Source of the DNA: Acidimicrobiia bacterium
GTDB taxonomy: Bacteria; Actinomycetota; Acidimicrobiia; Spongiisociales; ZC4RG35
Direction of reading: 5' to 3'
DNA length: 64,000 nt
Assembly (NCBI GenBank): GCA_965215185.1
Contig: OZ244034.1
Span: forward strand, 1,216,001-1,280,000
The notes beneath the pieces were generated by a model, which made no database searches, was not told where the DNA came from, and was given only the letters and a program-made list of their open reading frames with translations. The translations under genes were made by a program, and so were the position numbers. Below, piece after piece: positions 33,488 through 43,556 of this stretch. Positions within the stretch are counted from its first letter, which is position 1. The number at the start of each line of letters is the position of its first letter.

Positions 33488-34324
33488 CTAACCGTGTACG
33501 GACTGATAGAGGTCACGACGGGGAACGTCGATCAGACGGGACACTTCTCGCACGGCCGCGGAGGTAGGAATTCCTTGTTCGACCAGACGTTTAACCGCAT
33601 CGGCGCCCTTTCCCATCTTCTCGGAGGATGGGATTTGATTACCCTTTTCATCAGCGCCGATCACCAGGGTGAACTCGCCTAGAGGCGGGCGGGCGCGCCA
33701 CTCTTCCTGCGCCCCGCAGACAGTCCCTCTCCAAACTTCCTCATGGAGTTTGGTGACTTCCCGAACAACAGATAAGGGACGTTCCGCCAGACCCGCTTCC
33801 GCCAAGTCGGACAGATCTTCCAGCAGACGGTGGGGAGAGGAGAACAGCACCATCGTCTCAGCGCTCTTGGCCACCGCCCGGATACGCCGGGCGCGCTTGT
33901 CTCCGGAACGAGGCAGGAATCCTTCGAAAGAGAACCGATGAGCAGGAAGGCCCGATACGGCCAGTGCGGCTGTGACCGCGCTGGGTCCGGGAACTATGGT
34001 TACCCGGGCACCCTGCGCATGAGCGGCTCTGACCGCCGACATGCCCGGGTCGGCGATGCCGGGAGTCCCCGCGTCGGTCATGAGCGCCACTGTCTCTCCT
34101 GCGACCAGCCGATCGGTCAGTTCTCTGGTTCGGGACGCCTCGTTACCCACGAAGAACGACCGCAACCCCCGCGGCGCCACACCCAGGGCATTCAACAGCC
34201 GAACAGAACGGCGAGTGTCCTCCGCATACACGCAATCCGCGGTCGCCAGCATTTCAGCCAACCGAGGCGGAGCATCCCCCAAATTGCCAAGCGGCGTGCC
34301 GCACAGGATCAGTACCCCGGCCAC
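33488..34324 (-). CDS. rsmI: 16S rRNA C1402 2'-O-methyltransferase
   Basis: TPLGNLGD, AEDTR, DAGTPGIADPG, PGPSA, REVTKLHEE. Confidence 0.93.
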   Translation of the reverse strand: MAGVLILCGTPLGNLGDAPPRLAEMLATADCVYAEDTRRSVRLLNALGVAPRGLRSFFVGNEASRTRELTDRLVAGETVALMTDAGTPGIADPGMSAVRAAHAQGARVTIVPGPSAVTAALAVSGLPAHRFSFEGFLPRSGDKRARRIRAVAKSAETMVLFSSPHRLLEDLSDLAEAGLAERPLSVVREVTKLHEEVWRGTVCGAQEEWRARPPLGEFTLVIGADEKGNQIPSSEKMGKGADAVKRLVEQGIPTSAAVREVSRLIDVPRRDLYQSVHG

Positions 34325-34644
34325 AAAGGCACGCCTCCCTTCCAAGTCAGTTCCCAGCCCGCCCGGAAAGGAACCCGGTCGCCTCGAAATTCAAGCACCG
34401 CGTCCGCGCCTTCGAACACGACCAAGACGCCGGGAGTCCGCCGCCGCACCCCCAACACCCGAAGACCCCTGTCAAGCCCCACCGTCCACAGCCTTCCGAC
34501 GATGAACATACCGTGAACCGAGCGGCCGGGGATCAACACTCCCCAACTGCGGGGCGCCCCGTGGATGCCGACCAAACGCTTACCAAAGGTGTCCGCCAAC
34601 ATTATCGGGCCTGATCTCCACTCTCCATTACACAGTTCCCCCAC
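34309..34644 (-). CDS. DUF192-like protein
   Basis: ADTFGKRLVG, SVHGMF, VLE motifs. Confidence 0.6.
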   Translation of the reverse strand: MGELCNGEWRSGPIMLADTFGKRLVGIHGAPRSWGVLIPGRSVHGMFIVGRLWTVGLDRGLRVLGVRRRTPGVLVVFEGADAVLEFRGDRVPFRAGWELTWKGGVPLWPGY

Positions 34645-34647
34645 CGG

Positions 34648-36021
34648 TCAGGGAAGATAAGGGGCGGTCACCAATGGACACACCTGCGGATCGGAACAAG
34701 CCACCATCACCAATCCCTCCGGGATAGGAGTTACCAATACGTAGTCCTCCCCACCGGCGACAAAGCCCAACTCTCCGTCGGGTTGGAGCGGACCCACATC
34801 CATCCCCGCCACCGCGTATTCCCGGAGCAACAACGCCATCTCCTTGGCTTCCTCTGGATCGTCGCCTGCATACTCCCAAATGAATACCACCTCCCCCTCG
34901 ATGTCAAATCCCACCAGACTGCGCCCCCCGCCCCATCCGGTGGCGGCGTCGACCGCGACCTCAGGGCCGAGGACCTGCTCGAACATGAGCAGGATGTCCA
35001 AAAAGCCCCACGTGTAGTCATAGATCTCCTCGTACCCCTCCGGAAGCACGCCCGATGGCCTATCCATCTCGATCGGCTGGGTGTAGGGCGAGGCGGCTCC
35101 CTGATAGATCTCTTCGGTGGAGGCGGGCGGATCGAGATATAGATCATTCACCGCCTGCCATCCTCCCTCCCTCCACCTGTTCAGCACGTACTCGAAACCT
35201 TGCTCATAGGGAAAGTAGAGAGCTTTTTCCATGAAGAGCGGAATCTCAATATCGGGCAACTCGACATCCGCGAACTCCGCGAAAAGGCGATCTCTTTCCG
35301 AAGCGGTAAGGCTCTCAACGTAGAGAACCTCAGCAAGAGTGGCGTCTCCCTCCACCAGAGACACCAGACTGGAGCCTGGATCGAAGAGTTGACTCTCCAC
35401 CAAGTCATCCAATCTGGGGCCGAATTCGAAGTGCTGGTCGGTGAGGGCGTGCACCAACTCGTGCAGTAACGTCAAGGTTTCCAACGCGGAGAACTGCTCA
35501 CCGGACCTGGGCAGTACCATCTCTTGATCCTCGCTGGAGTAGAACCCCGCCACGCTCTCGCTGTACAGCTCCTCATAAAGGGCAGCCAAGTCGGCATCGG
35601 GTTCCAGCAAGCCCAACAGCTTGTACAGCGCCTCATCAACCTCGATGTCCTCAAGATCAGAGGCAACCTCACTTTTGACCCGCTCGGCGAATTCCTCCGG
35701 CGAGAGCACCACGATCGAAGGAAGTCCGTCGAATTCCAGCCCCCTGATGGTGGCAGTGGTCTCCGCCGTCTTCCAGATCTGTGCGGATAGTTCGGCCCCA
35801 AGACCCTCGATCAGAGGAACATCGACATCGGTCGGCACCGAGGCAGTTGTGGTGGTGGAGGCAGCCGTCGTAGTGGTGGTCGGCGCAGCAGTGGTGGTCG
35901 GCGCAGCGGTCGTGGTGGTGGACTCGACTGTGGACACGGTGCTCGAAGCCACATCGGAACCCCCGCCGCAGGCGGCCATCAGCACAGCGACCATTAACAA
36001 TGTCAAAACCCTTCGCATCAA
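34648..36021 (-). CDS. lipoprotein with Thr-rich linker and HEXXH zincin-like domain
   Basis: Lipobox MAAC, TTTAAP repeats, HELVHALTDQHF, EGDA, FPYEQG, PPASTEE, GWGG. Confidence 0.85.
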   Translation of the reverse strand: MMRRVLTLLMVAVLMAACGGGSDVASSTVSTVESTTTTAAPTTTAAPTTTTTAASTTTTASVPTDVDVPLIEGLGAELSAQIWKTAETTATIRGLEFDGLPSIVVLSPEEFAERVKSEVASDLEDIEVDEALYKLLGLLEPDADLAALYEELYSESVAGFYSSEDQEMVLPRSGEQFSALETLTLLHELVHALTDQHFEFGPRLDDLVESQLFDPGSSLVSLVEGDATLAEVLYVESLTASERDRLFAEFADVELPDIEIPLFMEKALYFPYEQGFEYVLNRWREGGWQAVNDLYLDPPASTEEIYQGAASPYTQPIEMDRPSGVLPEGYEEIYDYTWGFLDILLMFEQVLGPEVAVDAATGWGGGRSLVGFDIEGEVVFIWEYAGDDPEEAKEMALLLREYAVAGMDVGPLQPDGELGFVAGGEDYVLVTPIPEGLVMVACSDPQVCPLVTAPYLP

Positions 36022-36036
36022 AAGAGCTACGGTCAG

Positions 36037-36147
36037 TCAGCTTGGAGAAGTCGGCACAGGTCTTATCAGTGGCATCACTAGGAAGGCAACCACCGCATAG
36101 GAGACCAGCGCCGCGCCTAGCAATACCGCTGCATCCAGCAATCTCAT
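36037..36147 (-). CDS. 36-aa single-TM small protein (candidate)
   Basis: MRLLDAAVLLGAALVSYAVVAFLVMPLIRPVPTSPS fills the gap between two co-oriented paralogs. Confidence 0.45.
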   Translation of the reverse strand: MRLLDAAVLLGAALVSYAVVAFLVMPLIRPVPTSPS

Positions 36148-36212
36148 GATCAAAAGCCTATCTGGAATGGCGTCTTATCTAAGCCGAGAAGAGCCGAGTC
36201 GACGGGCAAGCA

Positions 36213-37565
36213 TCAACCCGTCAGGGACGCAAGAATCCTGCGGCCGACCTCCACATCGGAGGCGGCGATGAAAGTCAACACCTCCCCTTCCCCGCTCAGC
36301 CACGCGTAGTCATCGGCGTAATACTCAAACCCGGTTTCTCCCCGGCGTGACGTCCCGGCGTTCATGGCGACCTCAATGTACTCTTGCAGGGCGGCCCGCA
36401 TCTCTTCGGTGTCCTCCACAGTGTCCCCTATGTAATCAACCACCAAGGCGATCTCCACTCCGTTGCTGAATACCAGATAGCGATCTCCTCCCCACCCCCA
36501 AGAGGCAGAAGAAGACTTCCCCGAGTCCAGCGCCGAGGCCAACAGAGCATTCCATCCCCATTGTCCCCACACGGAATCCGCTACTTCCCGGTACCCCTCG
36601 GGCACCGAAACCCGCGGTTTGGGAAGTAAGACAGGGTCCAATCGACCCACACCGCTGGCCAGAATGTCCTCGGTGGAGATGGGCGGGTCCCGATGGGTGT
36701 CGTTGACCAAATCCCAGCCTTCCAACTGGTAGAGCCTCTGGAGATAGTCAAGAGCCGCATTGGATGGAAAACTCATGCTGTGCTCCACGAAGGGAGGGGA
36801 CCGCGGACCATCGGCGGCAAGTTCCCATACCTGTTCGACAACCTGTTTCTTGGCCAGATCGGTCAAGCCCTCCAAAAAGAGCAACTCCACCAGGGTGGAG
36901 TCCGCCTCCGCGATCCCTCTCAATGCGGTAAGAGCGTCACTATCGCCTGTGCGAGCCAACCGATCCTGCCTGCGCCAAATATCAAATTTGTGGTCCACCA
37001 GCGCTTTGGAGATCTCTCCCACCAGGGTCATCTCTTCGAGGGGGGTAGGTTCCACCAAAGTTGAGACTAACCAAAGCTTCTGGCTGGGCACGTCGTACAG
37101 ACCTGGGGTGGGTCGGGTCCGCAGCCCTACCAACAGGCTCTCCCAGTCACTTTCGGGGTCGATCAAGCCCAACAACCGGAACAGTGGCTCATCCACCTCA
37201 GAGAGGCTCGGATCATCCTCGACCCGGGAGCGAAGCCGCCTTTCCAGTTCTTGTGAGGTGATCGCCTCAATCTCCAGCGGGTCCGCAAAAGACAGGCCCC
37301 GCAACAACTGGACCTCTACTACCAATTCCACCAGCCTTTCCCGAAAAGACTCCGGCACAAAGAGCAAGTCCTCAACAGGTGGAGGCGTCGTAGTGGTTGC
37401 TGCGGCAGTGGTGGACGTCGCACCAGAAGGAGTGGCACTCACCTCAGTTGTCACCTCCACCATCACCGTGGAGGCAGGAGAAAGAGACTCGTCATCGGCG
37501 CAGGAAGAGAGCAACAAAGTCAGGCCCGCCACCACCAACCATCCCACACGAGTGCCTTTTGTCAC
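36213..37565 (-). CDS. paralogous lipoprotein lacking HEXXH
   Basis: Lipobox LSSC; same architecture as 34648-36021 (RGLSF, PPISTE, GWGGD) but GEISKAL where the paralog has HELVHAL. Confidence 0.8.
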   Translation of the reverse strand: MTKGTRVGWLVVAGLTLLLSSCADDESLSPASTVMVEVTTEVSATPSGATSTTAAATTTTPPPVEDLLFVPESFRERLVELVVEVQLLRGLSFADPLEIEAITSQELERRLRSRVEDDPSLSEVDEPLFRLLGLIDPESDWESLLVGLRTRPTPGLYDVPSQKLWLVSTLVEPTPLEEMTLVGEISKALVDHKFDIWRRQDRLARTGDSDALTALRGIAEADSTLVELLFLEGLTDLAKKQVVEQVWELAADGPRSPPFVEHSMSFPSNAALDYLQRLYQLEGWDLVNDTHRDPPISTEDILASGVGRLDPVLLPKPRVSVPEGYREVADSVWGQWGWNALLASALDSGKSSSASWGWGGDRYLVFSNGVEIALVVDYIGDTVEDTEEMRAALQEYIEVAMNAGTSRRGETGFEYYADDYAWLSGEGEVLTFIAASDVEVGRRILASLTG

Positions 37566-37727
37566 TTCTCGGAGGCTACCTTGTTCAAGTTGTTTTCCAG
37601 GTCACCGTGAGGCAAACGCATCCCTACTTTCCCCTCCCACCCCGACCCCACCCGTGGCTATGGTGGTCTCATTTTGCCCGGCAACCGGCTAGTCTTATGA
37701 CCCGATCAGCCACAACCTGACATACCC

Positions 37728-37816
37728 GGAGGGATCGCATAGTCCGGTCTAGTGCGCGGCACTCGAAATGCCGTAGAGGGTTACCCCTCTCGTGGGTTCG
37801 AATCCCACTCCCTCCG
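37728..37816 (+). tRNA. tRNA-Ser(CGA)
   Basis: GGAGGGAT..CTCGAAA..long variable arm..GGTTCGAATCC. Confidence 0.95.
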
Positions 37817-37844
37817 CTTAGTAGACCACCCTCGGGGTACCCAT

Positions 37845-37929
37845 GGAGGGATGACCGAGTGGCCTAAGGTGACAGTCTTGAAAACTGTTGGGCATCCGTG
37901 CCTCGTGGGTTCGAATCCCACTCCCTCCG
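37845..37929 (+). tRNA. tRNA-Ser(TGA)
   Basis: GGAGGGAT..CTTGAAA..long variable arm..GGTTCGAATCC. Confidence 0.95.
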
Positions 37930-37935
37930 CTATAA

Positions 37936-39030
37936 GGACCTTGCGACTTATATTAAATTACCTTGCCATTTAGTTGCTGACAGGCCGGTTTTTCGGGTTT
38001 TACCTTGGTTTTGGGGGGTTTTGCCCGTTTCGGGTGGTGTTGTGGTCTAGCGGAGGGCCATCTGGCGGGGGTCGGTTAGGTGTTTTTGGTTTTTCGGGCG
38101 CGCTGAAGCCGACAGCGGGGGTGGTTGCTGTCGGTCCTGGTTTCCCCGGGGTGTGCTAGGTGGGTGGCCCTCGGGTTGTCGGCCCGTTGCGTGAAGAGGC
38201 GCTGGGTGGTGTGGCCGTGATTGCTGGCGGTGGTGGTTGTTGGCCGTTGCTTTCGGTGGGTTGTTGCCGGTGTTGATGTCTCTTGGCTTGGCGCAGGTTG
38301 TGAGCGGCTAGCAGTGCGAGAAGTCCCAGGTTGTGGGCGGCGAGGCCGAATGCTCGGCACCATCCGCCTTTGAGGCCGTTCTTGTCTTTGACGATGCCGT
38401 TGAGGTTCTCGATTTGTGTGCGCCGGTTGTAGCTTTTCTTCCATGCGGGTGTGCCGTAGGGGATCTGTTGGTAGGTGTCCAGTTTTTCTACGGGGATGGT
38501 GACTGTCCCCCGGCAGCAGTATTCGGCGTCGATGGCGCCGACATAGGGTATGTCGGGGTTGGGCTTGGGTTTGGTCCGTTGGTGGCGGTATCTCCAGGTC
38601 TTTGCGCTGGTCATGACCCTTCCGTCGCATTGGGGGCAGCGGAATCGGATGGCCCCGTTCTTGAGTTTGGCGATGGGTGTCCATCGGTATTTGGCCCGGT
38701 CAACATGCCACTGTTCCAGGTGCTTTCCGGTGAGGTCTTGGGGCGGGATGTGCCACTTTTCGGCGAGCCATTCCGGGAAGAAGGTTCCGCAGTTGATTCG
38801 TAGTGTCTGCTTTTTGCCCTCGGGGCCTACCTCCACGAGATGCATGGTCTTTTTCTGGTTCTTGTTGTAGTCCATGACGATGTTGATGCCCAGCCGGTGG
38901 AGGGGTCGGACGAAGTCTTTTCCGTAGATGGTGTACCCGCGGTCGGCCATTACTTCTTTGAGGTTGGGAAAGAGTTCCAAGGTGGCGAGGATGGCGTTAA
39001 GTCGGTGACGGGTGTGTTACCCAAGGGGTG
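37936..39030 (-). mobile_element. truncated DDE IS (IS5/IS1182-like): C-terminal transposase fragment 38156-~39030 plus ~220 bp end
   Basis: ADRGY, YNRRTQIENLNG, HNL motifs; end 37936-38155 recurs at 47393-47612. Confidence 0.8.
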
Positions 39031-39207
39031 GTTTAGTCTTGTTCCGGCACCGCTCTCGTCTACGGAGAGAGGCTTTGCCGTCAAAATATCGGGAGGTCTG
39101 GTGCTCCCCCTCCGCGAGAAGATATTCGCCCTTCCCGGAAAGACGCGAAGCCACAACCCCGACAGGGGATGCGTCACGAACGAGCGTTTAGGGCGGCAGC
39201 GTCCCGC

Positions 39208-40353
39208 CTAGTCCCAGGTTTCGCCCCACGGAAGATACACATTGGGTGGTTGGTGTGCCGGAGGTAATTTCCACCCGTGGGGCGGCACGCCGCCCGGATA
39301 CAGCCACTCCTTGGTGGATAGCCTTACGCGCATCCGATCTATTATTCGACCCATAATTGCTACCCTGCCCTCCAATTGGTTTGTGACAACAAACGCGGGT
39401 TTTCCATTGTTGGCTTCCATATACACGAAGCGAACTACTAGGTCGGCGATGGTGGCTGTGTAGACGCCGTAGATTGTTGTTCCGATGGCCACATCTACCA
39501 TTTGGTGGGTGAGTGAGGCCACATCAGAGGCGACCCATCCCAACTTCTCGGTGGTCTCGGGAGTGGTAGACAGACGCAAGGCATCCTCGTAAGTGCTGAC
39601 ATTCCGCCACTTCGATATCCACCACATGGCCTCTTCGTCCAAGGGGGGACCCATGTTCAACATGACATTTTGTAGTTCGTCGGGAAGTTGTTCAAAGATT
39701 TTTGTCAGCTTGTGTTGGCGGTCCTTATGGTAAGGCTGTCCGGTCAGACAACATAGCGCTAACAGGGACTCCTCGACCGCCACGTGCCAATCATGGTTTA
39801 AGTCCGCCAGTCGCGACCGCACTGCTCGCCAGTATTCATCTGCGTCCTGAGTTGCGATCATTTGATGCTCCCAATCGCCCGGCGCTAGTCGGCCGCCCGC
39901 GCTAACAATACGCGCTTCAACGTTGCTCAAATGGTGATATAGAGTATCCGTAGTTTCCTGCCGAATGTCTTTCATCTTCCCCCATTCCACAGAAGGTCCG
40001 GGAGAATGTCTACATAACCAAATGCCGTGTGCGTCGGCTGCGTGTTCCACCCTGGGAGGCACCCTCCGGCGGGATTCCCACTCCGGCCAGTCGATCACCA
40101 CTATGTTCGCCCGCTCGTCTACTTCGTAGGCCATGTTTTCCAGGTGATCCAGATACATCAACAGTTGCCTCTGGTCGTCTCTGTCTATGTGGTCGAGGAT
40201 GATGAGAAGGTCGATGTCCGACCGGGAAGTGGCCTTGTTCTTGGCGACGCTACCGAACAGCAGCACGCTACCCGGCAAGACATCAGCCACCCTTCGGGCA
40301 TCCCCCACAGTGGGAACCGACGTGGTACTGGTCGCAGTCATAAGGCGGATCAT
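39208..40353 (-). CDS. minimal nucleotidyltransferase fused to HEPN-like domain
   Basis: LFGSVAK..SDIDLL MNT motif; AVEESL..HKLTKIF..WRNVSTY helical HEPN-like part. Confidence 0.7.
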   Translation of the reverse strand: MIRLMTATSTTSVPTVGDARRVADVLPGSVLLFGSVAKNKATSRSDIDLLIILDHIDRDDQRQLLMYLDHLENMAYEVDERANIVVIDWPEWESRRRVPPRVEHAADAHGIWLCRHSPGPSVEWGKMKDIRQETTDTLYHHLSNVEARIVSAGGRLAPGDWEHQMIATQDADEYWRAVRSRLADLNHDWHVAVEESLLALCCLTGQPYHKDRQHKLTKIFEQLPDELQNVMLNMGPPLDEEAMWWISKWRNVSTYEDALRLSTTPETTEKLGWVASDVASLTHQMVDVAIGTTIYGVYTATIADLVVRFVYMEANNGKPAFVVTNQLEGRVAIMGRIIDRMRVRLSTKEWLYPGGVPPHGWKLPPAHQPPNVYLPWGETWD

Positions 40354-40461
40354 AAGGGAGCCCTATCTTCTCGACCAAAGACAATTTCCCCGAGGCGGGC
40401 AAGTAGACCGAGTATCCCTTGACCCCATCGAGGGGCGCGAGTTAGCAGTTTTTAAAGGAAC

Positions 40462-40680
40462 TTACCCGCATGACGGGTCATTGGCTGCGTTCCAGATCCC
40501 GCCTAAAGCGTGGCAGAGTTTCTCGTTCTCGACTCTCGTTCGGATAGTAGAGAGGTCCCCCGAGTCGCCTATGCATAGACTCCAAACAGATACGGCCACC
40601 AGGCCTATCGCGAACGTAAACAAGATGCGGGTTGGAGAGGATGGTCGGGTGTGGTCACCGCTAGACACCCTTGCGGCCAT
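40462..40680 (-). CDS. small membrane/secreted Cys-containing hypothetical protein
   Basis: ATG follows upstream TAG (TAGTGATG); one hydrophobic helix, three Cys. Confidence 0.4.
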   Translation of the reverse strand: MAARVSSGDHTRPSSPTRILFTFAIGLVAVSVWSLCIGDSGDLSTIRTRVENEKLCHALGGIWNAANDPSCG

Positions 40681-40682
40681 CA

Positions 40683-40919
40683 CTACTTTTGTTGCCTTTT
40701 CGCCTCTCCGGCGAGGAGGACGGAGGCCATTACGTAGGCCGGTTCGTCCACATCCGCGATGCGCCCGTACCAATCCGGAACCTCCCCTTCGGGACGGAGT
40801 TCATATCTCCTCTCCCGCCATTCCTCGACCAGGTCCGCGTTTGAGCACATTGCCAGCAACGCGCCCACTTGTGATCGGAGGGCATCGGCGGTGCTGGTAT
40901 CTACTCCCGAGGCGTCCAC
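40683..40919 (-). CDS. hypothetical protein or gene remnant
   Basis: Protein-like composition; frame extends ~27 codons upstream with no start. Confidence 0.35.
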   Translation of the reverse strand: MDASGVDTSTADALRSQVGALLAMCSNADLVEEWRERRYELRPEGEVPDWYGRIADVDEPAYVMASVLLAGEAKRQQK

Positions 40920-41058
40920 CGTCTTGTCGAAGGAAGCAAGGGCAGATATCCATCGTCTCGCTATCCGGTTTATCTCCGGGTTCCTGTCAGCGGCTAAACC
41001 GTATAGCTAAGAATCGGTTGGTTTGGCGGGATGTCGGCTACCACTGCTGACCTGCACC

Positions 41059-43473
41059 TCAGCCGGGGTTCTCGGGGTTGCCGAGCAAATCGGCGAGTCG
41101 GTGGAGGAAGGTGACTATCTGAGCCCGGCTGACGGTTCCGTCCGGACCGAACCGACCTTCGCCAACTCCTGAAGTGATACCGTAGGTGGCGGCCCAGCCG
41201 ATCGCCTGGTTGGCCGAGTGCGCCTGGGGAACATCTCCGAAGAAGTCGGCCCCGGATTTGCTGGTGAGCTTGCGTTGGTCGGTCCCGTCGGCATTCATCA
41301 GATAGACGTCGTGATGCCCATCCCCCCAACGCTGGAAGGCTATCTGGGTTCCGTCGGGCGACCAAGCGGGTGCGGCGTCGTAGTGGGTGTTGTCGGTCAG
41401 TTGGCGAAGACTTGTGCCGTCGGCATTCAGCACGAACACCTCTGCGTCACCGTCCCGATAGCTGGCGAAGGCGATCTGGGCGCCATCAGGCGACCAACTT
41501 GGACCGGTGTCATGTGCGGTGTTGGCAGTGAGCTGGTGAGGAAGGCTGCCGTCGGCATTCATCACAAACACCTCCTGATCGCCGTCTCGGTTGCTGGTGA
41601 AGGCAATCCGGGCGCCGTCAGGCGACCAACTCGGCGCCCCGTCGTAGTAGTCGTTGTAGGTGAGTTGCCGCAGGTTGGTCCCATCGGCGTTCATGACTAA
41701 CACCTCCCAGTCCCCGGGCTCTCCCGGGTCGTCAGCTTCCGGCCCCTCAATGGTGCTTTGTCCGCTTGGCAAATTGGGGCTGGGAAAGCGGCTCAACGTG
41801 ATCTGAGTTCCGTCTTCGCCACCGCCGCCAGAATCTCCTTGATAGGCGTCGTCAAAAAAGCTGATGAATACGATCTGAGTGCCGTCAGGCGACCAACTCG
41901 GCGCCGAGTTGCGGTGGTGGTTACTGGCTAGTTGCCGCTGGTCGACGCCGTCGGCGTCCATCACGAAGATCTCGTTATCTCTTACGAAGACGAGTCGAGT
42001 GCCGTCAGGCGACCAACTCGGCGCCCCGTCGTGGCGGTCGTTGTGAGTCAGTTGCCGCAAGTTGGCCCCGTCGAGGTCCATGACAAAGATCTCCCGGTCG
42101 CCATCTCGGTCACTGGTAAAGGCCACGAGGCCGTTCGTCATGGTGGGTGACATATTCCACCCGGTCATTTCCGTTTGACGATCCGTAGCAAGGTTCACAG
42201 TGTTAAGAAGCAGTGTGACGATCTCGGCGCGACTCACCGTTCCGTGAAGGCCGAAGGTTCCTTCACCGGTTCCGGTGATGATTCCGTTACTGACAGCCCA
42301 GCCGATCTCCTCCTCCGCCCAGTGCTCGGCGGGTACATCACTGAACATTTCCGAGCCAATGCTGGACACATGGGAAGACCAACCGGCGGTGGATGTCCAG
42401 TCTTGGTGGTCGTTGTCGGAGATCCGCCTTCGGTTGGCGCCGTCGGCGTCGATCACGAACACGTCGCCCTTCCCGTCAGTGCCTGTGAAGGCAATTCGGG
42501 CGCCGTCGGGCGACCAACTCGGGAGGAACGCCTGGTGGTCCTGATCGAACGTGAGTCTCTCTTGGTTGGCTCCGTTCGCCGCCATCAGGATCACCTCACC
42601 GCCGGTCTCCAACTCTCTGGCGAAAGCGATCCGGGTCCCGTCAGGCGACCAACTCGGGTAGCGGTCTAGGTGGTCGTTGTTAGTCAGTTGGCGCTGGTTG
42701 GTGCCGTCGGGGTTCATCACGAATATCTCGAAGTCTCCGTCTCGGTCGCTCTGGAAGGCCACCCGGGCGCCGTCAGGCGACCAGCTCGGGTAGGCGTCGT
42801 CCTGGGAGTTGTAGGTGAGTTGGCGCTGGTCCGTGCCGTCAACATTCATCACGAAGACCTCCGCGTCGCCGTCCAGATCGCTGGTGAAGGCGATCCGGGT
42901 CCCGTCGGGCGACCAACTAGGCGCTGTTTCAAAAGACTGATTGTGGGTAAGTTGACGTTGCTCGGCGCCATCGGCGTTCATTACGAATATCTCGAAGTCG
43001 CCATCTCGATCACTGGTGAAGGCGATGCGGGCGCCGTCGGGCGACCAGGCGGGAAGCCAGTCGGCACTGCGGGTGTTGTCGGTGAGTTGGCGCACATTGG
43101 AACCATCCGCGTTCATCAGATAGACCTCATAGTCACCGTCTCGATCGCTGGTGAAGGCGATGGTCCCGTCGTTGGGCCCAGCGGTGACCGGGTTGCCCTC
43201 GATGAGGTGGAAGGTGCGGTACAGAAAGGCGACGATCTGCGCTCGGGTAACGGTCCCGTTGGGGTCAAAGCGACCCTCCCCTACCCCCCGGGTGATGCTG
43301 TTGGCGACCGCCCACCCTATGGCCTGATCTGCCCAATGTCCGGCGGGGACATCATCGAAAGTGTCCGAACCCGGTTCCTGGCCGGCCGCGACGGTGGTCC
43401 CGAGCAGCGTCATCACCATCAGAATTGCCGCAGTAGCAAGTCTTTTCGGTTGGACCCAGTCTGCTTTGCGCAA
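41059..43473 (-). CDS. secreted SLH-domain protein with two PD40/TolB-like beta-propeller regions
   Basis: Signal peptide; three FxDVPxxH..AIGW..VxRA SLH modules; ~11 WSPDG repeats. Confidence 0.9.
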   Translation of the reverse strand: MRKADWVQPKRLATAAILMVMTLLGTTVAAGQEPGSDTFDDVPAGHWADQAIGWAVANSITRGVGEGRFDPNGTVTRAQIVAFLYRTFHLIEGNPVTAGPNDGTIAFTSDRDGDYEVYLMNADGSNVRQLTDNTRSADWLPAWSPDGARIAFTSDRDGDFEIFVMNADGAEQRQLTHNQSFETAPSWSPDGTRIAFTSDLDGDAEVFVMNVDGTDQRQLTYNSQDDAYPSWSPDGARVAFQSDRDGDFEIFVMNPDGTNQRQLTNNDHLDRYPSWSPDGTRIAFARELETGGEVILMAANGANQERLTFDQDHQAFLPSWSPDGARIAFTGTDGKGDVFVIDADGANRRRISDNDHQDWTSTAGWSSHVSSIGSEMFSDVPAEHWAEEEIGWAVSNGIITGTGEGTFGLHGTVSRAEIVTLLLNTVNLATDRQTEMTGWNMSPTMTNGLVAFTSDRDGDREIFVMDLDGANLRQLTHNDRHDGAPSWSPDGTRLVFVRDNEIFVMDADGVDQRQLASNHHRNSAPSWSPDGTQIVFISFFDDAYQGDSGGGGEDGTQITLSRFPSPNLPSGQSTIEGPEADDPGEPGDWEVLVMNADGTNLRQLTYNDYYDGAPSWSPDGARIAFTSNRDGDQEVFVMNADGSLPHQLTANTAHDTGPSWSPDGAQIAFASYRDGDAEVFVLNADGTSLRQLTDNTHYDAAPAWSPDGTQIAFQRWGDGHHDVYLMNADGTDQRKLTSKSGADFFGDVPQAHSANQAIGWAATYGITSGVGEGRFGPDGTVSRAQIVTFLHRLADLLGNPENPG

Positions 43474-43556
43474 AACGTCCCTCGCGGTGTCAGTAATAAG
43501 TCCGTAGCGTATATGCAGACCTCACGATTGTCGTAGGGCAATAAACCGCCCTGGTT

